From Acidobacteriota bacterium (GTDB lineage: Bacteria; Acidobacteriota; UBA6911; RPQK01; JAJDTT01), in assembly GCA_965209055.1 (NCBI GenBank), contig OZ242374.1, forward strand, positions 2,016,001 through 2,080,000: a DNA stretch of 64,000 nt. Direction: 5' to 3'. The translations under genes and the position numbers were made by a program. The first letter of the stretch is position 1. Each line of letters starts with the position of its first letter. Of the stretch, positions 46,376 to 54,124 are shown one piece after another. The notes below the pieces were generated by a model that searched no databases, was not told the origin of the DNA, and worked only from the letters and a program-made list of their open reading frames with translations.

Positions 46376-47837
46376 CGCAAGCTTTGGAACTCGACCGGTC
46401 GGTTGGGACCGCCGCGGATTCCTCAAGGAACTCGGCTTGGGCGGCATCGCGCTGGCCAGCCTGCTCACGGACCGGACGGCGAGCGGTGGGCCGGCCGTAC
46501 CCCCGGGTGACCTCAGCGAGCCGCTTGCGCCCAAGCAACCACACTTCGCCCCCAAGGCGAAGAACGTCATCCTCCTGTTCATGGTCGGCGGCGCGAGCCA
46601 GCTTGAGACCTTCGATCACAAGCCGCTTCTGAACAAGTACGCCGGAAAACTGGCCCGGGAAATCTTCTCCAAGGAAGACCTGGAGGGCCTGAACCCGGAG
46701 AAGGACTACACCAACACCCGCATCGTTCCGCCGGTGTTCTCGTTCAAGCGCTATGGCCAGAGCGGAGCTTGGGTCAGCGAGATCTTCCCGAACCTGACGA
46801 AGGTGGTCGACGACATCGCGTTCATCAACTCGATGCACACCGATTCGGCGATCCATTCCACCGGCCAGATCCTCATGCACACGGGCTATTCCGTACAGGG
46901 CCACCCCAGTCTCGGCTCTTGGGTGACCTACGGGCTGGGGTCGGAGAACCGGAACATGCCGGGATTCGTGGTGATGAAGGACGGCCTTCCGTCCGGCGGG
47001 CGTGCGCTTTACGATGCTGGATTCCTTCCGGGGATCCACCAGGCCACGCTGGCGGACGTCGAGCCTGGAAAGCCGCCCGTGCCGCACATCACGGCGCCGG
47101 AATTCTTGAGCCGAGGCCAGCAGAGCAAGCAATTGGATCTGGTGCGGAAGTTGAATCGCCTCCACCGCGGCATGCACGCCACTCAGCCCGAGCTCGACGC
47201 GCGCATCGCGGCATTCGAGACGGCATTCCGCATGCAGATGGAAGCGCCGCAGCTCTTCGATATCCGGAACGAACCGGAGTCGGTGAAGGCGCTCTACGGC
47301 GACACCGACTTCGGGAGGAAATGCCTCACGGCGAGACGGATGGTGGAGAGCGGCGTCCGTTTCGTGGAGATTCTCGACGGCGCCCAAAGGCGATGGTGGG
47401 ACGCGCACGGCAACCGCGGCGGACTCATCAACAACCATCGCAAAAACGCGGCCCGCACCGATCAAGGCATCACGGCCCTCATCATGGACCTGAAGTCACG
47501 CGGTATGCTGGACGAGACTCTCGTTGTCTGGGCCACCGAGTTCGGCCGTACCCCGATGGAGGAGGCGCGTACGGAGGAGTCCCTCGGCCGCGGCCATCAC
47601 CACTACGGCTTCTCCATGTGGATGGCGGGGGGAGGGGTCAAGCCGGGGATCACCCACGGCGCCACCGACGATCTCGGCATGCACGCCATCAAGGACCGCG
47701 TCTCCCACCACGATCTCCACGCCACCATCCTCCACCTGCTAGGCCTGGATCACGAGCGGCTCACTTTCCGCCACAATAGCCGCGACTTCCGTTTGACAGA
47801 TGTCTACGGCAACGTCGTGCATGAGCTGATTGCCTGA
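46365..47837 (+). CDS. DUF1501 family protein, copy 2 (Tat signal)
   Basis: Close paralogue of 42722-44203 over its full length. Confidence 0.92.
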   Translation: MLTDASFGTRPVGWDRRGFLKELGLGGIALASLLTDRTASGGPAVPPGDLSEPLAPKQPHFAPKAKNVILLFMVGGASQLETFDHKPLLNKYAGKLAREIFSKEDLEGLNPEKDYTNTRIVPPVFSFKRYGQSGAWVSEIFPNLTKVVDDIAFINSMHTDSAIHSTGQILMHTGYSVQGHPSLGSWVTYGLGSENRNMPGFVVMKDGLPSGGRALYDAGFLPGIHQATLADVEPGKPPVPHITAPEFLSRGQQSKQLDLVRKLNRLHRGMHATQPELDARIAAFETAFRMQMEAPQLFDIRNEPESVKALYGDTDFGRKCLTARRMVESGVRFVEILDGAQRRWWDAHGNRGGLINNHRKNAARTDQGITALIMDLKSRGMLDETLVVWATEFGRTPMEEARTEESLGRGHHHYGFSMWMAGGGVKPGITHGATDDLGMHAIKDRVSHHDLHATILHLLGLDHERLTFRHNSRDFRLTDVYGNVVHELIA

Positions 47838-47843
47838 TAGCGC

Positions 47844-47869
47844 GAGAGAAGGGGACGGTTACCTTTCTC
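47844..47869 (+). repeat. Palindromic site variant between convergent genes
   Basis: GAGAGAAGGGGACGGTTACCTTTCTC. Confidence 0.65.
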
Positions 47870-48867
47870 TACTCAACTGGCACCCACTCCAAATCTGCGC
47901 CGTGAGGGTGCGCGAATCCGAGGATATTCGCGGTCTGCATCCCCTCGTGGGCGATGGACCGTCCCAGTAAGAATTGAAGCGGTGCCGGAGGCGGCGCAAA
48001 TGATGAGATATGTGGAGATCCCCAGGCACCTTCGTTCGATATCCAGACAATGTCCCGGTGTCGCGAGAATTCTGTGATGATCCGGGCAAAGGATTGGCGC
48101 CGCTCAGGGCCCACGTACGGAAACAGCGCGGAATGGAATACGACCAGCGTCGCGCCGGGCGGCGCCTCATCCAGGACCTTCGGCAAATCATCAACCAGAT
48201 CACCGTGACGAACAGATAGCGACTGTTGCCTTCCCACTTCAATTGCCGCCGCCAATCGTTCGCGCCGGTCGGGGTGGTCGGGCCAGACGCAAGCCAGCAG
48301 CCAACGGACGTCGGAAGGATCATCAAGATCGACTGGGGCCGTGTCGAGTCCACAACGCCACACAATCTGCGGAATCATGATTCGGGGGCGCAAGTACCCG
48401 CGCAAACGACAACGTAGTCGGACTGGGGACTCGCTGTCACCAATCTGAAGCGATCCGTAGTCGTATCTGTACTTGTCCAACATCAGGCACAATCCGGCGC
48501 TTGCGCCCACCTCGACCAGTGCCAGAGGTCCTGCGGGCATTGCCGGCAGCAATACGGCGCAGCGGCCGACCTCATTCGTCTGCGTTCGGCGCAATCTCAT
48601 CAGTTGAGCGACTTCGCCTTCATGCTCCCTGACGAAGCTGCTCAGTTCAGAACCGCTCATCGGCATTTCTTCCGGACCGGTCAGGAATTGCACCGACGCG
48701 AAGAACAGGTTGGGCTGCTGGTCTGGCATCAGGGAGATGAACTTGGGCAGGTAATCGTCTTGTGCGACAGCGTGGGAAAGCCGGAAGTAGGCGGCAGAAT
48801 ACCCAGCGCACTCGTCCTCCGCAAACCGTCGAAATCGCAGTCGAACGTGCTCAGTGGTGTCGCTCAT
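47869..48867 (-). CDS. DUF2332-family protein
   Basis: TQTNEVGRCA.L, E.GASAGL.L..D.Y, G.D..P.D, WL.A.VWP..P.R..RL and FHS motifs, ending HPHG...W. Confidence 0.85.
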   Translation of the reverse strand: MSDTTEHVRLRFRRFAEDECAGYSAAYFRLSHAVAQDDYLPKFISLMPDQQPNLFFASVQFLTGPEEMPMSGSELSSFVREHEGEVAQLMRLRRTQTNEVGRCAVLLPAMPAGPLALVEVGASAGLCLMLDKYRYDYGSLQIGDSESPVRLRCRLRGYLRPRIMIPQIVWRCGLDTAPVDLDDPSDVRWLLACVWPDHPDRRERLAAAIEVGRQQSLSVRHGDLVDDLPKVLDEAPPGATLVVFHSALFPYVGPERRQSFARIITEFSRHRDIVWISNEGAWGSPHISSFAPPPAPLQFLLGRSIAHEGMQTANILGFAHPHGADLEWVPVE

Positions 48868-48957
48868 CTGAGTTCAGTTGGGAAAAGAGCAAGAACAGGG
48901 GGCAGTCGCCAAGATGGGTGGAGGCGCCTACAGTTCGCGCCGAAAAATGGCAGTTGT

Positions 48958-49263
48958 TCAGGCGGGTACATAGCGCTGGACGGTGATCTCGCTTGCACGG
49001 GCACGCATCTGCGAGGCGTCGTACCAGGCCTGTATCCGCAGCAGCATATCCATGCTCACGTCAAACGCCTTTTCGATTCGCAAGGCCATCTCCGGCGATA
49101 ACGCAGCCTTGCCGTTGAGCAAATCCGAAAGCGTCGCCCGGCGAACTCCCAGGATCTGGGCCGCCTTCGTCACAGTCAGACCCAACTCCTCGATGACCTC
49201 TGTACGGATGAAGTCGCCCGGATGGGAAGGGGTCATGTTCACTTTGATTCCATGGGTCGCCAT
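48958..49263 (-). CDS. higA: HigA-family antitoxin 2
   Basis: PSHPG.FI, A..LGV.R.TLS.LLNG...LSPEMALRIEKAF motifs. Confidence 0.9.
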   Translation of the reverse strand: MATHGIKVNMTPSHPGDFIRTEVIEELGLTVTKAAQILGVRRATLSDLLNGKAALSPEMALRIEKAFDVSMDMLLRIQAWYDASQMRARASEITVQRYVPA

Positions 49264-49555
49264 CAGTGGTAATCCTCCAAGTTCAAGCGGTCAATGTAGC
49301 CGTCCTCTTCCTCAAATGTGATCCGCCAATTTGCGGAAACCGAAATGCTCCATTCATCCCGTCGGTTACCTGAGAGCCGGTGGACACGCCAGCCGGGCGG
49401 GGGGAGCCGGCAATAAGCCCGTCGATGTGTTCGGCCAGGATCAGTACCGTCAAAATCTTGCGCACGCGATCAACCAGATTCTGCCGCAGGAACCGAGGAT
49501 TGTTCTGTTCGATCAGCCGACGCAATCCTCGGTGCCGGACAGAGCGAATGTCAAT
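49263..49555 (-). pseudogene. higB: Frameshifted HigB toxin
   Basis: IRSVRHRGLRRL... in one frame and PGWRVHRLSG...WSISVSANWRITF...LEDYH* in another. The shift is at a C6 run (G6 at 49399-49404), and the expected start reads ATT. Confidence 0.8.
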
Positions 49556-49842
49556 GTCGAAATTGTACGGTGATACCGTTCGATTCGGCAAGTCCTTTAT
49601 CGGCGAAGACACTGCTGAGACTCTCGCTTACACGTTGTTCAAAGCTCCAGCAGTTGTCTTCGCCACGCCATGCCCGCCACGCCAGCAGGGAACTGTCACC
49701 TTCACCACTCTTCGCCCCGGCGAACCATGCTTTGTCGTCCAGACGGATTTTGTGGGTTCACAAAATCGCGGTTCGCGGGTCATATAGGGAAAAGGGCGGG
49801 CGAGCGCGATCCGGTTCGACGTACTTCCGGCGGCAAAACCAT

Positions 49843-50343
49843 ATGAGGTTATTCACGAAGAAACCGGCCGATATCAGCGCCAAGGCCGTAGACGATTACG
49901 GACGGCTGGTCCTCAAGGTCGCCTACAGGATCGTCCCCAACGCCGATCAGGCTCAGGAGATCTTCCAGGAGACCTTCCTCCGCTTCCACGCCGCTTGCAC
50001 CCGCGGCGAGGTGATCGCCTATCCCAAGGCGTGGCTCTGTCGAGTGGCGACCAACGTTGCCTTCAACGCGCGGCGCCGGCAGCGGGCGATGTTGGGAATA
50101 GAAGAGGACACCGCGGTGGACTCCAACGCCGACAGAGACGTGGAGCGTCGCGTGCTCTTGGACCGGGTGCGCGACTTGGCATCGGACTTGCCCGATCGCC
50201 AGCGCACCGTCTTCGCCCTGCGCAACTTCGAGGGATGTACCTACGCCGAAATTGCGGCGCAACTGGGGTGCAGCGTGGGTGCGGCAAGGTCCAGCGAGTA
50301 CAAGGCACTGAGAAAAATCCGAGCTTCGATGAACACCGGCTGA
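49843..50343 (+). CDS. ECF sigma-70 factor
   Basis: A.EIFQETFL, AWL.RVA.N, LP..QR.VF.L...EG.TY.EIA..LG.S motifs. Confidence 0.9.
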   Translation: MRLFTKKPADISAKAVDDYGRLVLKVAYRIVPNADQAQEIFQETFLRFHAACTRGEVIAYPKAWLCRVATNVAFNARRRQRAMLGIEEDTAVDSNADRDVERRVLLDRVRDLASDLPDRQRTVFALRNFEGCTYAEIAAQLGCSVGAARSSEYKALRKIRASMNTG

Positions 50344-50356
50344 GAGGAACAGGACG

Positions 50357-52039
50357 ATGAACAGAATTGAATTCGAGAGAAAACTGAGCGACTACGTGCG
50401 GGGCGAGTTGCCGAATGCAGTCTCGCGGGAATTCGATGACTATCTGGCCGCTCACCCCGAAGCGGCCGCGGACGTAGAGGGAGCACGCACCATCCTGGAA
50501 CTAAGTGCCGACATTGGCGCGTCGGAGCCACCCCCCCAACTCCTGGCGGCGGCCCGTGCCGGCACCCTGAAGGCGATTCGCTCGGAGGTCGAACTACCGC
50601 GGCGTTCGGGATTCTGGCTGGCGTTGCCGCGGCCGGCCTGGGTGTCGGCGCTCGCTGTCGCACTGGCTGCCCTGTTTCTCGGCGTACTCTGGCGCGGTTC
50701 GTCCACTCCGGTGTGGGCTCAGGTCGTCCAGGAAGTGCGCAACGTCTCATCGTTGCGCACCGTGGGCTGGTTTCGCGGGGAAAATGGAGAACGGGTGCCG
50801 ATGAAGCACTGGTTCAAAGCCCCGCACAATTTCCGTGCAGAGATAGGTGCTGGCCCGGACCAGCAAGTGGTTTTCTCCGATGACAAGTCCGTCTACACGA
50901 AGATTCGGGGCGTCTGGTATCGGAAGGACCACACTTCGCCGGCAGCATCTTTCGTGGATGATTTCAGCAGGCATCTGTTGCTGCCCGAGCGCGAGCTACT
51001 TGAGGAATTGTCCTATCAGATCGATCGGGAGGATCGGGGACAGACAGTGGTGTTTTCGATCTGGCGACGCTCCTCGCTGGGCAGGAAGACACCATCGGAC
51101 ATCCGGCTTGAAATCGAGGCAGACGTGCTGACGCGGCTGCCTCGCTCTGCCCGCGTTTATCTGGACGTGGGTCAACAGGAATGGGAGCTGGTCAACGAAC
51201 TGCATTATCTGGATTACGATGCGGCGGTGGCTGGCGAACTCTTTGAATTCGCCGGCGATGACGTCCTGCCGGCTCCCGACAAATTGTGGAAGGCAGACAC
51301 GATGGTCGGCGCGTTCGCTCCGTTTGGGCGTTGGTACGATCTCGCGTTCTACATGCCGCTGAAGGGGATGGAAATCGTGGTCCTGACCCCTTCGACCGAC
51401 TCTACCAAGGGGAATAAAGGTATGTCGTCTACGGTGAGTGGCGGAATCGTACGCTACGAATTTCACCGTACACCGCTGACGGAGATCGCTCAGACTCTAG
51501 CAGACATCCCGGTGGAGATTCCGGATTCTGGACTGTCTGAACGGCGTTTTTCGACGCGGATTGCCCACCGAATCACTATCGACCCCGCGGAGCGGGTGAG
51601 GCGCCTTGGCCAGCGCCTCGGCTTTGTCGCCGAAGTAATAAAGCGTCAGGGAACAAGGACCCGCTGGATCCTCATCCAAGACGGAACCAATTTCCCCATC
51701 AGCGCAGCCCGGAATAGATCATCCGGAATCGATGGGTACAGCCTCGACGCCAAAGGGGAAACTCTCGCTGCGGCAATTCGAAGCATGCTTGGACTCGCGG
51801 CAACCAACGAACTGGTCAAGGGCTACAACGAGTTTCTCGACGAATTCGAGATGAAATGGGACGGTGCGGCAGCGGACAATCCCTTCCACCGCAGGGTGGA
51901 CATTTCCGTCGATTTTTCCGATGGCTGGGAGGTGGCACTCAAATACCTGCGCGAGAACTTCGGAGTGACCATGGAGCGAGTCTCCGAACCCACCACCTAC
52001 GAGGTGCTGGTGTTGTCTCCCCGCAACGAAGCCGGTTGA
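50357..52039 (+). CDS. Putative anti-sigma factor (degenerate zf-HC2-like N-domain, TM helix, large extracytoplasmic part)
   Basis: L..YV.GEL......F..YL..HP; one TM segment near residues 90-115; adjacent to the ECF sigma gene. Confidence 0.7.
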   Translation: MNRIEFERKLSDYVRGELPNAVSREFDDYLAAHPEAAADVEGARTILELSADIGASEPPPQLLAAARAGTLKAIRSEVELPRRSGFWLALPRPAWVSALAVALAALFLGVLWRGSSTPVWAQVVQEVRNVSSLRTVGWFRGENGERVPMKHWFKAPHNFRAEIGAGPDQQVVFSDDKSVYTKIRGVWYRKDHTSPAASFVDDFSRHLLLPERELLEELSYQIDREDRGQTVVFSIWRRSSLGRKTPSDIRLEIEADVLTRLPRSARVYLDVGQQEWELVNELHYLDYDAAVAGELFEFAGDDVLPAPDKLWKADTMVGAFAPFGRWYDLAFYMPLKGMEIVVLTPSTDSTKGNKGMSSTVSGGIVRYEFHRTPLTEIAQTLADIPVEIPDSGLSERRFSTRIAHRITIDPAERVRRLGQRLGFVAEVIKRQGTRTRWILIQDGTNFPISAARNRSSGIDGYSLDAKGETLAAAIRSMLGLAATNELVKGYNEFLDEFEMKWDGAAADNPFHRRVDISVDFSDGWEVALKYLRENFGVTMERVSEPTTYEVLVLSPRNEAG

Positions 52040-52080
52040 ATCCAGGCGAGAGGGCAGGAGGAGGGGGCGGGTCGGGAAGC

Positions 52081-52099
52081 GGTGACTGTCATCTTCTTT
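52081..52099 (-). repeat. Palindromic site variant, reverse
   Basis: The minus strand reads AAAGAAGATGACAGTCACC. Confidence 0.5.
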
Positions 52100-52276
52100 A
52101 CTCCTACCCGCTGATATCAAACAGCCAACGCATCCCCGCGCCCCGAGTTGGCGCCCGAACCCCAAGGAGAGTCGAATGGCGGCGATGCCATCCAGGAGGC
52201 TGCGTCCTCTAACCCAACCCCCATTCGACTCGACGTTCCCTGGATGAGCCTTGATCGCGCCACAGGAAAAGATATA

Positions 52277-52292
52277 TTTTGTAGATACAAAA
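52277..52292. promoter_or_regulatory. Putative MazE operator
   Basis: TTTTGTA-GA-TACAAAA just upstream of the mazE RBS. Confidence 0.55.
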
Positions 52293-52303
52293 GGAGACTG
52301 TCC

Positions 52304-52543
52304 ATGGGTGCACAATCAAGAATCTGCAAATGGGGGTCCAGCTTGGCCGTCCGCATCCCCAAGCCTATCGCCGAGCAGTGGGGAGTGCATGAGGGCACCG
52401 CCGTCGAGATGGTCTCGCGCGGAAACCAAGTCATACTGCGCAAGAAGAACTACAGCTTGGCCGACATGCTGGCGACCGTGACGGAGGAGAATCTGCATCC
52501 CGAGGTGGACACCGGACCCGCCCAAGGCAATGAAGCATGGTAA
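52304..52543 (+). CDS. mazE: MazE/AbrB antitoxin
   Basis: KWG.SLAVRIPK, Y.L..ML..VT.ENLH.E.D.G...G.E.W motifs. Confidence 0.92.
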   Translation: MGAQSRICKWGSSLAVRIPKPIAEQWGVHEGTAVEMVSRGNQVILRKKNYSLADMLATVTEENLHPEVDTGPAQGNEAW

Positions 52544-52890
52544 AGAGGTCCTACGTCCCCGGAAACGGGGATATCGTGTGGCTGACCTTCAACCCTCAAG
52601 CCGGACATGAACAAGCCGGACGCCGCCCGGCCCTGGCGCTGAGCCCGAGAAGCTACAATCGGAAAACCGGCCTCGCCCTATTCTGCTCCATCACCTCCCG
52701 AGCCAAGGGTTACCCCTTCGAGGTCGTTCTTCCTGTCGCCGGCGCCGTCACCGGCGTTGTTCTGGCCGACCGGATCAAGAGCCTGGATTGGCGGGCCAGG
52801 CGGGTCCGTTTCGAATCGAAGGCGCCGCCCCGGGTGGTGAGCGAAGTTTTTGCCAAGCTGGCTGTTCTCTTGGATCAAAATCGATCCTGA
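52537..52890 (+). CDS. mazF: MazF/PemK endoribonuclease toxin
   Basis: YVP..GDIVWL.FNPQAGHEQAGRRPAL.LSP..YN, KGYPFEV and KSLDWRAR motifs. Confidence 0.95.
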   Translation: MVKRSYVPGNGDIVWLTFNPQAGHEQAGRRPALALSPRSYNRKTGLALFCSITSRAKGYPFEVVLPVAGAVTGVVLADRIKSLDWRARRVRFESKAPPRVVSEVFAKLAVLLDQNRS

Positions 52891-52923
52891 GCCGCGCCGA
52901 AAACGGAATCCAATCGAACCGGC

Positions 52924-52943
52924 GGAGAAGGACAGTCACCTTC
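52924..52943 (+). repeat. Palindromic site variant
   Basis: GGAGAAGGACAGTCACCTTC. Confidence 0.65.
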
Positions 52944-52992
52944 ACTATGAGACAAGCGGACTCAGCCCTGATGGACTGCTGGGTCGAGATCG

Positions 52993-53799
52993 GTGGTTCC
53001 AGAGGGAGTGTGCTATCTGACCAACGAATCGAGTGAGCGCTTCGACAAGATCGCCGCCAACTACGCGACCAGCGAAGTCCACTCCATGAGTCCGACGATC
53101 CGGCTTCTTCATCAGCTCGTGAATCTGGAGGCCGGGGCATCCATATGCGATATGGCTTGTGGCGCCGGCCACCTGGCGCTGTCCTTTGCCACCCGCGCCG
53201 GGAGACTCGTCGGAGTTGACCCTGCACCCGGCATGTTGGACGCCTTTCGGCGCTTGGCGGCGCAGCGGGGGATCGAGGTGGAGCCGGTCGAGGCGTACGC
53301 TGAATCGATTCCCCTGCGGGGAGACCAGTTCGACTTGGTCGTATCGCGGCTGGCTCCCCACCACTTCCATGACGTGGATCGCGCGGTGGCGGAGATGGTT
53401 CGGCTCACGAAGATCGGCGGGCGGGTAGCGATCATCGATCTCGAAGGACATGAAAACGCTGACATCGACGAGTTCAACCACAAGCTGGAAGTTCTCCACG
53501 ATCCAACCCACATTCGGAGCTACACGGCCGCGAGGTGGAGATCCATGTTCGAGAGCAGTGGGCTGAAGGTGGAGGTGTTGAAGAACGGATTGTCGGAGCG
53601 GCCGCAGGGGACGACCGTGGGCAGGTGGTGCGAGATAGGATCCTCTGGCACGGAGGCGGAAGCGGAGATCAGAGCCAGTCTGAAGCGGGCCCCGAATTCA
53701 TTCCTGGAGGCCTTGAACATCAGACGGTTGGGGGGAGAGTTTCTGTTGCCCATACGGACTTTGTTGATCGTGGGAACCAGGGATACCGCCCACAGGTGA
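52993..53799 (+). CDS. Class I SAM-dependent methyltransferase (start uncertain)
   Basis: DMACGAGH, GVDP...M, AE.IP....FDLV.SR.APHHF and DPTH motifs. Confidence 0.85.
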   Translation: MVPEGVCYLTNESSERFDKIAANYATSEVHSMSPTIRLLHQLVNLEAGASICDMACGAGHLALSFATRAGRLVGVDPAPGMLDAFRRLAAQRGIEVEPVEAYAESIPLRGDQFDLVVSRLAPHHFHDVDRAVAEMVRLTKIGGRVAIIDLEGHENADIDEFNHKLEVLHDPTHIRSYTAARWRSMFESSGLKVEVLKNGLSERPQGTTVGRWCEIGSSGTEAEAEIRASLKRAPNSFLEALNIRRLGGEFLLPIRTLLIVGTRDTAHR

Positions 53800-53800
53800 C

Positions 53801-53840
53801 GGGAAAAGGAGACAGCGAAAAGGGGACAGTCACTTTTTCC
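53801..53840 (+). repeat. Palindromic site with duplicated left half
   Basis: GGGAAAAGGAGACAGC-GAAAAGGGGACAGTCACTTTTTCC. Confidence 0.85.
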
Positions 53841-54012
53841 GGGGAGAGTATTCCGGGACCATCGCGGCATGACCCAGAGGCATTTGGCTGGTGCGGCTGG
53901 GATCAATCCCCTCTATCTGTCGCAGATCGAGAGGGGCGTCCGCACCGGTTCGGCTCGAACCTTGTCCGCCCTCGCAGAGGCGCTCGGCGTCGACGTGGAC
54001 GACCTGATCTGA
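53841..54012 (+). pseudogene. 3' half (HTH domain) of a copy of the 44675-45046 antitoxin
   Basis: DNA aligns with 44863-45046. ATG 53869 could give a 47-aa HTH-only peptide (MTQRHLAGAAGINPLYLSQIERG...VDDLI). Confidence 0.85.
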
Positions 54013-54124
54013 CCCACCTTCGGTTTCTTCTCCCTGGCCAGGGTGCTAATTTCGATATAGCTGTCTTTCATGCCGGTTTTCGCCCGACCACGATTGGCAC
54101 AACTGTCCGCTACGGAGGTCTGCC

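Noticed and set aside
52289-52303. AAAAGGAGACTGTCC as another copy of the palindromic site
   Set aside because: Adequately explained as the mazE Shine-Dalgarno and spacer.
36702-54012. Classical integron with attC sites
   Set aside because: No intI is present, I found no RYYYAAC...GTTRRRY bounded hairpins by eye, and the genes are in mixed orientation. A covariance-model scan is still needed to exclude it fully.
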